Positions 1 through 14,390 of a stretch of 64,000 nucleotides of DNA are shown one piece after another; position 1 is the stretch's first letter; every line of letters begins with the position of its first letter. Made by a program: the position numbers and the translations under genes. The DNA comes from Camelus ferus (Eukaryota). Location of the stretch: NCBI RefSeq assembly GCF_009834535.1, contig NC_045696.1:22694001-22758000 (forward strand), in the 5' to 3' direction. The notes under the pieces are model-generated. The model searched no databases. It was not told the origin of the DNA and saw nothing but the letters and a program-made list of their open reading frames with translations.

Positions 1-459
1 TGTTTCTCTCAATAGTAGAAAACCAGGAATGATATATTTAAGCTGGAAAAAAATTGAATAAATGTTGACTATCCTTATGATATTTCAATTAAGAGTGTAA
101 AAATCTCATTACAGTAGAATTTTTTGGTGTGGAAAATTGTTGATAACATATGAATAAGAGGGAGAAGCAGACTAACATCTGTGTATGACAAAATACTATT
201 TAAAAATAAATGTAAACATAAAAATGACTAGAAATACACATCTAGATACTGAGTGGTTATTACATGGCACTGTGAATATAGTTGTTTCTGTGCTTTTTTC
301 CTTTGCTTGTGGTAAAGATTTACTGCATTGATCATAATCATGCTTGAAAAAAAGATTATCTGAAGATTTCAAATGGAAAATCATAATAATAATGATAATA
401 ATACAGTAAGCAATTGCAACCAAGGAGATGTAGGAGGAAATTTTGGTGAAAACAGCATT

Positions 460-705
460 ATAGTTTTTGAGTGCTTTGCTTTCGCTTAGGCCCCATGCTC
501 TGCTAAGTACTTCATGTGGACTACCTCACGCAATTCTTATAAAAATCATATAAGATGAGACTATTACTACCTTTTATTAATTAAAAAAGTACTAAGACAA
601 TTTTTTTGAGAGCAGTTTTAGGTTCAGAGGTTACATTACTTGATCGTTATCACATAACTACTAAACGGGAGAGCTGGGATTCTGCACAACATGTCTAATT
701 TCAGA
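460..705 (-). mobile_element. MIR SINE, decayed
   Basis: Resembles the reverse MIR consensus (tgctaagtacttcatgtgg ... ttacattacttgatcgttatcacataactactaaacgggagagctgggatt). Confidence 0.6.
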
Positions 706-1011
706 GAGAGGTCTGCTCATATCTAGGACACGCTCATAGGGGAATGAGAGTCCGCACTTCCTGAGAGTTACCTCGGTGACTGAAGGAGATAGAGGTTAGC
801 CGTTTGTCTTCATTTCTTCAATAAAACAAGCTGTATCTACACCTGAGTCCAAATAAACATCCACATAGTAATAATGATTGGCATTTAATGTATCATCATT
901 TACTTAAAAACTTCTTTCTTTTAACCTTAATCCTAATTATAATGTCATATACAAAAATATATTTGTGGGTAATGGATTAACATGATGATGAAGACAGTTT
1001 TTGAGGGCAAT

Positions 1012-1155
1012 GAGAACATAGAAGTGACCTCAGAGATACTCTGATTGAACACCTTCATTTTGCAGATGAGAATGTTCAACCTAAAGTGAAAAATCTGGCC
1101 AGTGATAGCACCAGAAACAGAAAGGAGGTCTGCAGCATTCCAGTCTGGGGCTCTT
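1012..1155 (-). mobile_element. MIR/MIR3 SINE fragment
   Basis: MIR core cttcattttgcagatgagaa followed by an end resembling cagtctggggctctt. Confidence 0.55.
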
Positions 1156-1643
1156 CAGCCATTCTAAAGTGTGATCTGGGGGTCCGCAGGACCTTTTCAG
1201 GGACCCGTAAGGTCAGACTCTTTCTTTAGTAATGCCAGCATGTTACTTGCCTTGTTCTCTCTCATTCCCTCAATAGTTGTCAGTAGTTTTCCGGAAAATG
1301 CATTGCCTGTGACTTCACAACAGACTGAAGGCAAAAGCAGACATGTGATTATAGCCAATTAAGCCAACCAATAAAAAAAAAGTTCACACAAATGTAAAAC
1401 AATACAACTCTTCTCAAGTATCTATTTTTTTGGAAAATAGCACACTTTTTCTTGAAAAATGTATTGTTTATGTTAACATGCAATCTGCTTATTATTTTTA
1501 TTTTAATAAATTAAGTATTTCAAAAGTTTCTGTTTTAATTTCTAATAGAGTAAATAGGTATAATCTATATACATGTACTTTGGCATCCTCAATAATTTTT
1601 AGTAATTTAAAGGGTCTTAAGGTCAACAGTTTGACAACTGCTG
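1156..1643 (+). mobile_element. hAT-Charlie non-autonomous DNA transposon (Charlie1/Charlie1b-like), near full length
   Basis: Decayed TIRs (cagccattctaaagtgtg ... agtttgacaactgctg). The interior follows the recalled Charlie1 consensus (gggggtccgcaggaccttttcagggacccgtaaggtca; cagactgaaggcaaaagcagacatgtga; tcctcaataatttttag). Confidence 0.8.
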
Positions 1644-2739
1644 TCAGATATTTACTGAAAATATTTTTAAGCTCTGTGCTTATTAGGAAATCAGTATTGT
1701 TTTAATAAACATTATATTTCAGTGTTTCAAATCTTTATATACTGTAAGATCTTTTTCCTTAATTTTTTTATATCTGTGACCAAAAAACCCCCCATATTAT
1801 AGTGAAATTTACCTTATTTCTACACATTCCATATTTCAATGTTTAATCATGCTTCCCAAGGATTAAATTAAATTTTACATAAATGTATTCTTTGCTCATT
1901 TTCCTAGAGAATATTTCAGCACAGAAAGCAATTTTATAACCTAAGTTAGATTACTTCTCATCTTTATTACTAATTTAAATCATATTTCTCGAAGTTAAAG
2001 AAGATACTGTTTCAGGAAAATGAGAAGCTTTCCCCTGGTACTGTGGCATGCTTAAACATATGTTAATATTGCAGTGAGAATCATTATTGGGTTTCTCTAT
2101 ATAGTGCTGAAAGGAAAAACAATTAAAACTGCTTTCGAGTATCAATAATTCATGGGGGAAAGTCTATTCCTACTAGACTGTGCCTTAAAAAATCCTAGTG
2201 AGACAAGAGGGAGCCTCAAGAGTCTTTCTCAGGAGAAAAGCCCTTCCTTTTATGAAAGAGTTCATTTCAAGCTGTCCTTGGGCTTTTAAAATAGCTATAT
2301 ATCTTTCTATTCTTAATTCGTCTTCTCCTCAACTTAACAGTGGAAATGGAGCTTTAACAAGAAGCCACTTGTAAAAGTAAATGAATGAATGAATGCATGT
2401 GTGCATGCCTGCCTAGGGAACACCTTTTGCATCTTTTTGATTACCCAGTAGAGCACCTAGCATGATGCCCTCCAAGTTAAAAGAGCCAGTAGACAGTGTT
2501 TAGACATTCCATCCCCACCTACGTTTTAGATTTCCACCCCTCCAGCTCTGCTTCTTAAATCTCCCACTTGCTTGAAACCTGGGGTTTCCTAAATGATTTC
2601 CAGGCCTGCTGCCATATCCGATTTTTAATAGGAATCTCTAAAGTGAACTATAATTTGAAAATACGTAATCAAGGACGCTGTGGGATTCTCAGCTTTAGGC
2701 AATATGTTCTGTCGGGTAAAAGAAAGCTCTGGCAAACAG

Positions 2740-2920
2740 CAGACCCAGGTCCTTTCACCAGCTGTGCCCCCGACTTGTTCTATAATTTCAATCAAGTCAC
2801 TCTAGCAGCCATTGTCTGTCTATTTCAGCAGTGGATTCTACAGAAGTCCTAGCCCGCCTGCCTGACTCCCTAACAATGATCATGTGAGGATTAATGAGAT
2901 AAAGGCTGTAGAAATATTTT
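2740..2920 (+). mobile_element. MIR SINE, decayed
   Basis: MIR-like tail tgtgaggattaatgagataaaggctgtagaaa. Confidence 0.5.
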
Positions 2921-5837
2921 GTCCCCTTGGGGAGAAACACTCTGAAAATAAAGGTATTAGAGAAAATCTCTGGATATGGCTTTCAAGAACTCAGATTCCC
3001 AAGTCTCATGTTGTATGCATGTTTTCTGGCAATTAGATCATTATTGTTTTTTCTCCTGTAATAAAAACAATACCAAAAATAATCTCCTTTTGAAATTGAA
3101 CAAAGAAAGCACACATTTCTTTTGTTTCTTTTGTGTCTGATGTATTTTCTGAATATAAGCATATTGCGTTACAGCACTAGTTGACAGTTTTACCCTCAAA
3201 TACACTCACATCTGTTGACTGGACCTCGGTTTTACACACCCAACTGCACATTGTTTAATTGTCCATCTCTGCCAGTACCATAAATATACTATATATTTAT
3301 ATTAGCAAGCTCTTGTATATGTTTGTACATGCATATATACATGTGACTCTGCTTTTATTGAGTTCTTGTGTTGCATATTTTTTTTTAAAATATGACCTGT
3401 CTATGCATTTTAACAGAAATAAACCCCTTCAAGCTCTCTTTAAAATCATGCCCACAGGCATAGACTGAGAGGCATGCCTGCTATGATTTCACCTTCACAT
3501 ACTTCGAAAGAATGTGTACATGTCTGTGTTTGGGGAACGGATAATGGAGGGAAAGGGGAGTCGGAAGAAAATCCTTTGTGAATATAAAATATTCCCAGTG
3601 TATTCTTCAGCATCTAAATACCTGAATTCAATTCTTTCAAATGGTTCTTCAATTTAAAATGTTAGCCTCGACTATATTTTTTATCATGGCCTAATTTAGG
3701 TATTATCCCACCACCAAATACCCTGGGAACACTTTTTCTTATGCACCAATCTCTCAAAAAAAAAAAAAAAAAAAGATACATTGCTCTGAACTCCACATTA
3801 AGGCTAACAAAGCCTTTTGAAGAAGCTGCAAAGTATTGAAAAATGAGATCTAGCATGAAAATGCCTTCCAAATAAACCACAAAAGTGCCTCTGTGATGGT
3901 CCATGATGAGGGATCCTGCTGGCCGTGTGGTCGTGACGTGAAGAATTCCAACAGCTCCTTCTGAGCTGGGGAGATAATTGCTTCAATAGAGTTCATAAAC
4001 TTGCAAGTTCAATTCATCCAGTAAAAAATCCTAAATAAACGTCACTGGAAAATAAAATCTCTACAGATGGATGTCTGCTGCTTTGCAACACAGAGAACTA
4101 CTACTCTGAAAAGTGTCAGTTTTGAAATCTAAAGTAATGTATTACCCTGCAGGGCCCCATCCTATGCCAGCCAAAACAGATGTAGCATATTTGTTTCCGG
4201 AGTGTGCTTAGCTGGGGAAAATATCTTTTTCTCCCCCTTTTTCATTTAAAGATTAAAGGTTAAGAAAAAGAAAACTTGCTTTTAGATTGTGATTATGCTA
4301 CATTTCAATATGGGGCAAATATGTGTAACTGCTTTATAGGTGCCTGAAAATACAGTATTAACACAGGATCGTTGTCACAGTTTATGCCATGGTATTAGCA
4401 CTTTCTACTGTTGCGAAGTAGCATTATTTTAATATGAGAGGACATAACAAAAATATAGCATAGTTAGGAAAGAATTAACCACATATGGCAAATGTTTGAC
4501 TTATCACTAATGTTCTAGCCAGAAAACAAACCCTAAACAGCAAAGTAACTGTGAAATTCACATTTGTTCATAGACTATGAAGTGAAATCCATTGCTAACA
4601 TTCTAAAGCTTTTAGAGTAGCTTTAAGTACACTTCAAAACTGAATACTGGTTACATCTTTATGTAAATTAATGTCCCCCTCCCCGACAAAAAGGAAAGGA
4701 AAATCTATGTAAGTCAAAGATCACATATTAAATAAATTAAGTCTATCCCCCCCCCCAAACAAATCAGGCAGGACTAAATCATATACATTTAGACAGAATT
4801 TAAATTGTTTCAAATTTTCATGTTAATTTCATTGATGAAGGCATATTAGATCTAAAAGATGGTATAAGTTTGAGACTAATTTTCCCTTTTTGTTTGAAAA
4901 AGTATCAGTTATTTATTTTACATGCAAAATCTCCGTAACTTTTGTGATCTACTATTTCTTGCCACAATGATGGAAATAAATCAGTGCTGGGAGGGAGGCA
5001 TTCTAGTGGAAACAAGAACACAAGAGTGTCAAAAAATAATGTGATTTATATCAAAGGAAATGGAAACCAGTGAAATTCTATTCTAAAAGCCTAAAGCCTA
5101 AAAGGAAAATGAGTCATATTCTCCCAGCATTTACACTGGGTCATGGCGGTTAGACAGGCAAAGTTGGAGGTTAGTGGCCACTGTAATACCACATAATCTC
5201 TTACTAGATAATGCATTACAGTAAAATAAATAAGAGTTTTAGAATCAAAAAAGCTTTTTTTTTTTAAGTTTCAAAGATGGACATCTATGTCTCGACTTCT
5301 TATTTTAAGGGAAAACCTTGAAGTTGGTGTCTGGGTTTCCCATTTTCTTCTGAAATGTATTTTCTTAGCATTATTACACTAATGTAATTAACAATTACAT
5401 TAGCACACTCCTAAAGAAGTTGACTCTTGCTGTGGAAAAAGAAGACAGTGTCTCAGAGTTTAAATTCCAGTTCATGAATAAAAGAGGGAAGCACTCAACA
5501 GTCAATTCCTAAGGCTCTCCATACTTACTTTGGTTCAAACATATATACTTTTATAATACAAGAGCACATCCTAAGAGCATCCCCTCAATTGCCTTGTGAT
5601 CAGTAGGCAGAGAAAGGTGAAAATAGAGGGGAAGGTGAATTTTGTAATCATAAGTTAGCAAAGATCAAGTGGACAACTTTAAAATGTTCATAGCATTTGT
5701 CCAGTAAAACAAAAAGTGAAGGAACTTAGAGTTGTGTACACTGATACCCTATAATGGAGAGGCTGATTTATAGGAAGCTATTTCATAAAATCAAGTGCTT
5801 TAAATATGCAGGACATCAACACATAATGGACTGAAAG

Positions 5838-6200
5838 CTGTTGGTGCTTCTTTTGGATCGCCAAGAATTTCTTTTCCTGGCCGCTACAGTTAACTGCTGC
5901 TTAGATCTTGGATTGGAGCCACCTTGCCCCCAGCCTTGGTTATCCTGGTGACTGTTGTAGGGATAAATAAGCCCTCCTCTCTTACCTAAAAGCTGGAACA
6001 GACCTGCAGTGTACGTTGCATTCCAGGGCCTCCCACGGGATCAGACTGGGGCGAGACTTCACCTCAACCACATCTTAGTTTCTCCCCTTTTCCTTCTCCC
6101 ACTTGCCTGTGCATATTTTTCCTGGGAACATTCCCATGAGAAATCACTTTCACAAGAATTCCCATTATAAGAACTGCTTCCAGGGCACCTTCTCTAAGAC
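5838..6200 (+). mobile_element. ERVL solo LTR (LTR16 family)
   Basis: The 3' end aaatcactttcacaagaattccc...ctgcttccagggcaccttctctaagaca and the internal cctcccacgggatcagactggggcgagacttcacc are typical of LTR16. Confidence 0.7.
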
Positions 6201-6289
6201 ATATTAGATAGTAAAATTGGCAACGTTCTCAATGTACCAAGTGAAGGAAGAGTTTTCCAACTTCATGGTCCGGTGCAACCCAACTATAC

Positions 6290-6460
6290 CATGTTAGAGC
6301 TGGCGATGACACTAGAATCTGTTTACTGATGTGGAAACTTGGGAAACTAAGGCCCCAAAGTGACTTGTACAAGGTCACTCAGCAATTTAGTGAAAAGGTC
6401 AGGACCAGGACCCCAAAGCCCTAACTCCCAGTCTGGTGCTCATTTCACTCCGATACCACA
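6290..6460 (-). mobile_element. MIR/MIR3 SINE
   Basis: gaaactaaggccccaaagtgacttgtacaaggtcactcagcaa...ctcccagtctggtgctc. Confidence 0.7.
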
Positions 6461-6682
6461 AGACTATTTTTCAAATGCATTCTTTTTTTTTTTTTTTTTG
6501 ACTTCCAGCTCACAAAATTATTTGTAGAATCGCTATTTTAAAATCTAGCTGTGAAATTAGTCTTCCTCTAATCAAAGACTCAAGCATGTCAGCTCAATAA
6601 TCAAAAATTTTCTGACCTAAAATGGGGAAGATCTGACTAGAGCCACCTTTGTAACAATAAAAACACATAAACCAAAATAAAA

Positions 6683-6855
6683 TCTAACATTCATTGAGGT
6701 CTTACCATGAACTGGGTTTTCTGTGAATTGTGTTATGTGTATTATTCCATGGTATACTTAGAACAGCCTAATGGGGCAGGTACTGTCTTAATCCTCTGTT
6801 TAGAGATGCAGAAACAAAGCTCAGAAATGAAAATGCATATTTTGTATCAGAGTTA
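6683..6855 (-). mobile_element. MIR SINE, interrupted by the L1 at 6856 and resuming at about 7167-7230
   Basis: ctaacattcattgagg...tttagagatgcagaaacaaagctcagaaa. Confidence 0.65.
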
Positions 6856-7166
6856 GAAGGGATAAATTGGGAGTTCAAGATTTGCAGATACTAACTAATA
6901 TATATATATATTATATATATATAATATATATATAATATATATATAATTATATTATATATAATATAATATATATATAATAGATAACAAGTTTATATGGTAT
7001 AACACAGGGAACCATATTCAATATCTCGTAGTAACCTTTGGTGGAGAAGAATATGAGAATGAATGTATCTATGTTCCTATGTGACTGAACTATTGTGCTG
7101 TACACCAGAAATTGACACAACATTGTAAACAGACTATATACTTAAGTAAAATATGAAAAAAAAAAT
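6856..7166 (+). mobile_element. Lineage-specific L1 3' end with poly(A)
   Basis: gggataaattgggagttcaagatttgcagatac...gctgtacaccagaaattgacacaacattgtaaac, then an A-tail. Imperfect TSD agagttag/agagtcag. Confidence 0.9.
6896..6979. repeat. Imperfect (TA)n microsatellite inside the L1 3' UTR
   Basis: About 80 bp containing only A and T, mostly alternating. Confidence 0.95.
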
Positions 7167-8904
7167 AGAGTCAGGGTCAAGGCCAGATCTGACTTACTCA
7201 CCCTTGTCTTTATAATCTCCAGATTGCACTGCCTCTCTGTAGGCTCCAGGATGAACATTTTACAACAGAGGACTCTCAGTGACCCCTAGGACACTCCTTT
7301 TACCTTTGGTCATTGACAGCAATTCTGTGATGAGATTAACCAAGGAAAGCATGGTAAACAAATAAAATAAGGGTCTTTATTTGGATGAAAGTATTCAAGA
7401 GAACAATTTATACGTTTCTTAAGGTAAAACTAATGCATATTATTTCTGCTCTGATCCAAAAGTAATATTATTGTATTTACTGATTTATTATTCTATTTAT
7501 CAGAGAAATAATCAATTGAAAAATATTTCAGAACTGTTATAGTTACATTATACTGCAATGGGCTAACATGTCAGCCTCTGTCTTGTGATGTCTTTTGATT
7601 TTAGCTAATTTTAATTTGGCACTGTGATGACTTTATAATCCTTCCTCACTGACAATGCAAACATAATTCCCTACTAAAGAATAGGACATTATCTGAGTGA
7701 TGGGTAAGGGGAATTATGGGCTATAAAAGCAATAATTTACCATGGTTCCACCAGGAGGACCTCCTCTCAGAGTGGATACTACTTCTGACAGTGCAATAGT
7801 TTGATCATTGGATTGGATTTGCTCTAATTGGGATATTAATTCATGTTTTGAAACCTTTTTATAACAGGGATTCATTTCATGAACAGAATGGCAATATACA
7901 TTCTTTTTTATTTTAAATTAACAATTAAATTAGTAAATGCCATGAAATTGATACTTATCAATTACATAAAAATCAACCATGGATTTTTAAACTCACTCTG
8001 ATGGAAAATTCAAGATTAAAGATTTAAACTCCAGTAATCTGCATTTTTGGTCCCAGTTTGACTCAGCAGGTGATAATCTACCACAGTATATTAATATCTG
8101 CATTTCTGTTTCCCCAAGTGAGTCTTAATAGTTGACACCTTATAACCATCCAAAAATTCGACTTTTTTTCCCTCGAGAGGAAAAACTATCTTTCAGTATT
8201 ACTTTTAAAAACTAGTAATAGAAACTCCATCCTGCTGTGAGTTGTAATAATTGACATTTTGACCTGTTTTTACAAAGTGTCCTGTGGATGATGTCCATGA
8301 CCATCCCAATTCCGTGCTACAATTAGACTCACTTCCATGCACTTGGTCTTATACTGGGCAGGAGAAGGCATGGATGCCCAATGGAGAATTCTTGGGAAGA
8401 CAGTCTAGCAAAAATAAGTACACCAAAATGTTTTGCTGTTTTCTTGAGGATTAGGAAACTAGACAAAATAAAAGTAATAATATCATTCCTATGTAGTTAT
8501 TTCATGGCAGGCAGTTATAGAAAGAAAAATCAGGAAAGTAAATTCTGAGAGAAAATATATCTAACCCACATGACATCTATACTGACCACTGTTCAAGAAC
8601 CAGTTGGTTCTAGAGCAGCTATAATGAGATGGTTCATTATACCAAGATAATTTTTACAGGAATCAGATTCCACGATAAATTCACCTATGCTGAATGCCAA
8701 TGTTAGCCAGCCTCCCAGGATAAACATTTTCTATTAAAATATCCTGCCCACCACCATATGTTCTACTCACCCTTGACACAGCCAGGTCTCCAATTTATTT
8801 GCACCATTTGTTATGGAATTCATTTAAATTTTGCCAACTCCAATCTAATTGTAGACCTCTTAAGAAATCTTCACTCAGGAAGATGTAATTATAGTCTGCT
8901 AGGA

Positions 8905-9070
8905 AATGTGTTCTTACCTGATAATTAGGACACCTAGATTTTATTCCGTATTTTAACACAGCTAGCCGTCACTTTGGGGCTAATCACTTAAACTCTTTAA
9001 GCATCCACTTTCTCCTCTGTAAAATAGGTTGACTGAAATTATTACTGTTTAAGGTTTACCAGTCTGTGAT
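8905..9070 (+). mobile_element. MIR/MIR3 SINE
   Basis: actttggggctaatcacttaaactctttaagcatccactttctcctctgtaaaatagg. Confidence 0.6.
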
Positions 9071-10643
9071 GATGGATATTAATCTGAGGGCTTTTACTCC
9101 CATGGATTGCGGGAGCCCTGACCCTTCAAAGCCAAGAAAGAATGAAAAGAGGCCTAAAAGAAAATCCGTGAGCTGGAATATAAAGGGCTTTCTACCCTAA
9201 GCAAATTGTTAGCTTCCTAGGTGCCCTGGGCGTATTCTTACGGGTTTTATCAGCAGTTTCGTGAGCATTCCTCTGACTTTTCAGTATTTTAACTCCTTTG
9301 TCTTTCTTAAACATTGTGTTCTGCACCTTGAAAATGGCAGATATTATAATGTTAAGGAAGGTGTCCATGAAAAAGACCAAGGAAAGCTAATTCATGAGGT
9401 GCTGTTATTTGAGGCCACCACTTCTAGTTCCAAACTAAATGAGCATCACGAGAGAAAAAAAAAAAAAAAGATTCCTGAAATACTGTGCTCTCATTCGACT
9501 TAGATTTTAAAAAGTTTTTTATCTTGTGAAGCATATTGCTTATGTTTGTGTCAGGGCTGCCCTCATTATGCCCAATCACTTTTTAACTACATTTGGCTGA
9601 GGATGACTGTAGAATAACAGTTTCTAAAGTTATCTGTTTGCATATGGTTCCTTCAGGAAGGATTCAGAGGATACATTTATTGTGTTTATACAAAAGACAG
9701 CCCTCTGTTTCCCCGAAGTCTAAATATGTTTTTCTAAATGCACCCTCAAAATCAGTGCTTGCTTCTACTACATAAATAAACTGCAGGTCTAACTTTCTCA
9801 ATCTAATATTATATTGGAAGAGGAGGCATTGTTTAGACACATAATCATGCTACTACTGACTGTTGCTATAAAAATGAAGTTTAATCTCTGCACAATTTCC
9901 ATTGCTTTTCCTTTGAAATCTGGTGTTTATTGCAACAGAATTTCAGATTTTGCAACACGAGAGTCTGAAAGACAGGCCAACACAGGCGGCTCTTTGGAAA
10001 CAAGAGACCTGGTACTTTCAACAGCCAAAAAGCTGGCTAAACACCAGAAGGAGGGGAGAGACACATCAGGTAGGTTGTATTGATTCCACATACCTCTCTT
10101 GGTTCTTTGCTAGAGGACTTCTTTTGACAAAGTGTAGACCTTTTTTTTTTTTTTTTACGGTTGATCTGTGTTTCTGTTAACCATACTCTCCTGGAAGAGA
10201 CTTTGACCATCTGGATGTGGTTTTTGTTTCTGTGGGAAGGAACTTTTGTGTCCTTGACATGCCACTAGTATAAATAAATGTTCAATGAGGAGAACATGGA
10301 TCAAGATACTATATATTTTCAGATCAAATTAGGACAGCTACTAGCAGTTATTTGGTATACACAATTAAGCATGCAAGCATGAAAAAATGCACTTATTACA
10401 AATACGTTTATGGGATATTCCAGGATAACGTGACAGCTAGTTTGGAATAGTCACAATAAATATGACCCTATGTCCATAACATGTTCACCTATAGGATAAA
10501 AGGCAACTAAACATGAGTTTATGCGCTAAATAAACTGCTGAGAATTTTATAATTTTATTTCCAGAGATCTTTATATACTTGTTTCTTACAAAACCAATTG
10601 TGGGCTTAAGACATAGATTTGAATTTTGCAGCAAACTGTAGCA

Positions 10644-10961
10644 AAAATACAAATGAACTTATTTACAAAACAGAAACAGACTCACAGATATACAAAACAA
10701 ACTTATGGTTACCAAAGAGGAAAGAGGGGGAATATAAATTAGTAGTTTGGGATTAGCAAATACTAAATATTATATATAAAATAGATAAACAGCAAGGACC
10801 TACTGTATAGTACAGGGAACTATATTCAATATCTTGTGACAACCTATAATGAAAAAGAATCTGAAAAAGAATATGTATATGTATAACTGAATCATTATGC
10901 TGTACACCAGAAACTAACACTAAATTGTAAATCAACTATACTTCAATTAAAAAAAAAAAAA
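10644..10961 (+). mobile_element. Lineage-specific L1 3' UTR with poly(A)
   Basis: acaaatgaacttatttacaaaacagaaacagactcacaga...gctgtacaccagaaactaacac...cttcaatt, then an A-run. Confidence 0.92.
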
Positions 10962-13789
10962 GTGGAGGAAAGATCATGTGGATTCTTTCAGAAAAAAATA
11001 AGACAGGCTAACAGGATAAGTCAAATCAAAGAATAATGTTTGAGGAGCATACAATTTTCTATTCTTCATCCTCTACTTCATTGCAATTCTTATGCCATAA
11101 TTCATCCCCAAATATTGCTAAGTGCCTTTTCTGCTCAGTGATTTTTTTTTGTCCTGAATTTGAAAACTGAACAGTCAGTGAGGTAGATTCCTTAATTAAA
11201 TCAAATTATGCATATTGATGTTGACAAAAAAAATAGACTTTTACTTTTTTTTATACTTGAAGTAAAGACAGAAATCCTATGTTAAGACTGAGTGTTATTT
11301 TTAGTTGGCTACTTATTTCTATACCCTCAACCTAAGGAGCTATATCCCTACTGGGATATGATGAAGTTCTGCTTCATCTAGGTCTGTGCATAAAATTATG
11401 GGGCTTTCTGAAGCTCTGGCTTTGGAGACAACAGCCACCAGTCCTCTGTCTTTAGAATTTATGTTTCCCTGCTTTGAGTGGAGAGATATTATTGTGGCCT
11501 TTAACTCTACTCTTGAGCTATACCTTACCTCTCTTTACTTTGGGCCTTAGGAGGCACAGAGATGACGTTAAAGTTAGCTGTGTCTTTGTCACATTCTGTG
11601 ACTTTGTTTCTCTTCTCAAAGGATCACCACCTAAAGCCATGAGAATTTTTCCTAAATTCCACCATTGTAATTAGGAAATTACTATTTAATCGGTTGAGTT
11701 CATATAGAAATGTTACTTAGGTGATTTTTATTACAGTGTAGAAATATCATGGATCAAATAATATATAAATCTAATAAGTATGTATTGAAAAATTCCTGTA
11801 AAGGGGTTATTATATTTTCAAGGTTCTGCCTATTTAGAGAGTTTGTTTGAAATTCTGCAGTTTTTAATCACAGACACCATAATTAGTGTCCTCAAATACT
11901 GGATCTTTGTAAACATAGCAACAGACCTTTGAAATCAGTATGAGAACAGAGTGCACTGCACCTGAAGGGAATTCTGGTCTAGTTAATGTGTTTGATCACC
12001 TGGTTTGAATAAACAACCAAGTTATATCTTTTGCTAGAAAAGGCTTTGGATATTAGAACGAAAGTCATAATTAGGTTTTACTTGAAGGCCTTACAATTAT
12101 AAAATGAGCGAGATAAATGAGGTTACATTCCTAATTTTAGTCTAAACATCAATATTAGGCATTTATCATTAGACTCTTTAAAAGCCTCCACTTTTAAAAT
12201 AGACATGGTGATGGATGGCATAAATCCGGACAATAGCAGACCTAAAAGCAAGATAAACCACAAGGAATTACTGTCTTTCAGTTTAAGGAAGCTTGAACCT
12301 CTTAACAATGATGATATATTATAATGATTTTTGTATTAATATACTATGTCTACCATTTGAACTGGTTGCATCATTCGTAAACCAACTGGATAGATAGATT
12401 TATCTAAAAACAGGTTGCTCAATAGCATGTTGTTAATAGAGAGTAAGCCAACCACTCAGTTATTTGGAATGTCAATTAACAATTGTTCAGGAATAGGTGT
12501 AGCTTTAGCAGCTATGTTGTACATAAAACAGTATCGTTCATAACAAGACAATAATGTTAGGTCTCCTCTAACTCTGAGCCTTTATTACTCATAATCTGCC
12601 CCTGTGAGTGCCTTTCCTCTTCTTTGGGAAGCTCTGCTATAAATCATCAGGGAGATTATTATATAACAGAAGGTTCTGACCTAAATTCCCATACTTTCCC
12701 TTCCACACCAGAGGCAGGAGGAAATTCTACATGGTGGAAACAAACATATAAACAAAATCCCCCAAAACCAACAAAGAAAATACCTGATTATAAGGGTGCC
12801 AACCTTTTGGGACAGTAAAACCCAGATTATTACATTGGGGATGTATTTCAAAGGTGTATCAACATCAGTGTATCTAGAGAAGCTGCACCCTACTCTCTGG
12901 GGACTTTTTACTTAGAAACTTCTGTGTCAGAGAAGTTTGGCTCCCTGGACTTCGGGCTGCAAAAGGATAGGAGTGATTGTAGTGGCAGACGGTTGTGTGA
13001 AAAATGCAGTGACATGAAAGTGATGTGGGGCTGGCAAGTCGTCAAGGTCCGGAAAGGCAAAGGGGCCACTACAGTGAGATGAGGCAAAGGAAAAATGAGT
13101 TTTCCAGTTTCACAGGTCTGAGCAAACAGGAAATCAACTCGATACGTTTTTGAACCTTGAATCAGTAGACGATGTATTAGAATGGTTTCCTGTTAAAATA
13201 CTATTTCTATCACGTTAATCAGGAACCTACTCTAAAGAATGTATAAACAAAAGGGAAGGAACTCCAAGCAAAATGTCTGAGTATAAAAAATGGATAACTT
13301 AGAGGTTCTCAGTAACAGGCGTATAATATCAACTGTGGAAAAAAAGTCCTTTGAGATTTTTGGAGATAATGGTATCTTTTATATTTCTTATTTTGTATCA
13401 AGTATGTGTGTAAGGGATAGTCTGTGCACTGTCTCCAGCTGTTCTATTGCCTTTCTGATTTATTAATGTAATCATTTACTGTTAGAACTTTTCTTCAGAG
13501 CACCGCTTTAACTCTACCCTGTAGACTTTGGTATATGATATCTTTGTTACTGAAATAGTAATGGAGTAATGAATAGTGGACAGTCAGCAAGTGCACTGAC
13601 AGGGTGTTTGATAAAATTTAGTATCCATTTTAGACAGAAGCTCTTAAAAAGGTAATAGGTAAATACTGTGAAGTGGGAAATATTATCTACCTCAACCTAA
13701 AATCTGGACTTATTCCCATAATTCAAATGAGAGAAAAAAATCAGTGTTATGGCTATTACTTAACCTTCACTAGTGATATGTGAAAGCAT

Positions 13790-14165
13790 ATGTTTTCCCA
13801 TATACTCATTAAAACTTTAGATCTTTGCCAAAATGTTAAGAGTCATAGGGTAGTTTTACTTTGTAATTGTCATGTGAAAAGTGATATTGAGCATTTTTTC
13901 ATCTTTAGATTTTCTTTTATTTTCTGTCAACTATAGCCTCACAACTTTTATGCATTGTTCTTGATTTATAGGAGCACTATGATTGCAAAAAATTTTTTTA
14001 TCATTTTTTAATTTGTCTTGTGACTTTTTTATGGTTGATTTTGCTATTCTGAATCTTTTTAGGAGCTGAAAATTGATCAATTTTATTTTTAATAACTTCT
14101 GGGTGTTTTTTGTTTACTTGGGTTTTTAAAAAATTTTATTTTTGCTTTGAAAGGGCATCCTTATC
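13790..14165 (-). mobile_element. Old L1 (L1ME-like) 3' fragment
   Basis: Decayed L1 antisense motifs (gtgatattgagcattttttcat; ttgatttataggagc). Confidence 0.5.
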
Positions 14166-14390
14166 TCAACAATACTAGTCAATACAGATAGAAGACATGA
14201 AAAGAATATAAATATAACGTCTTTGAAAGGTAAAATTATATTATTTGTTAACTTTATATTTTATTCCTGGAGGATCTTGAAGAAACAAGTGTGCAAGCTT
14301 AGAGTGAGAGAATTCAGAAATGTATCTGGATATAAGATTAATGCACAGAGATCAATAGTCATCATATATATAAGCACTCAAATAGTTAGA

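Noticed and set aside
3903..3964. Box C (ATGATGA) to box D (CTGA) spacing suggesting a C/D snoRNA
   Set aside because: No convincing terminal stem or C'/D' boxes, and I cannot match the guide region to rRNA or snRNA.
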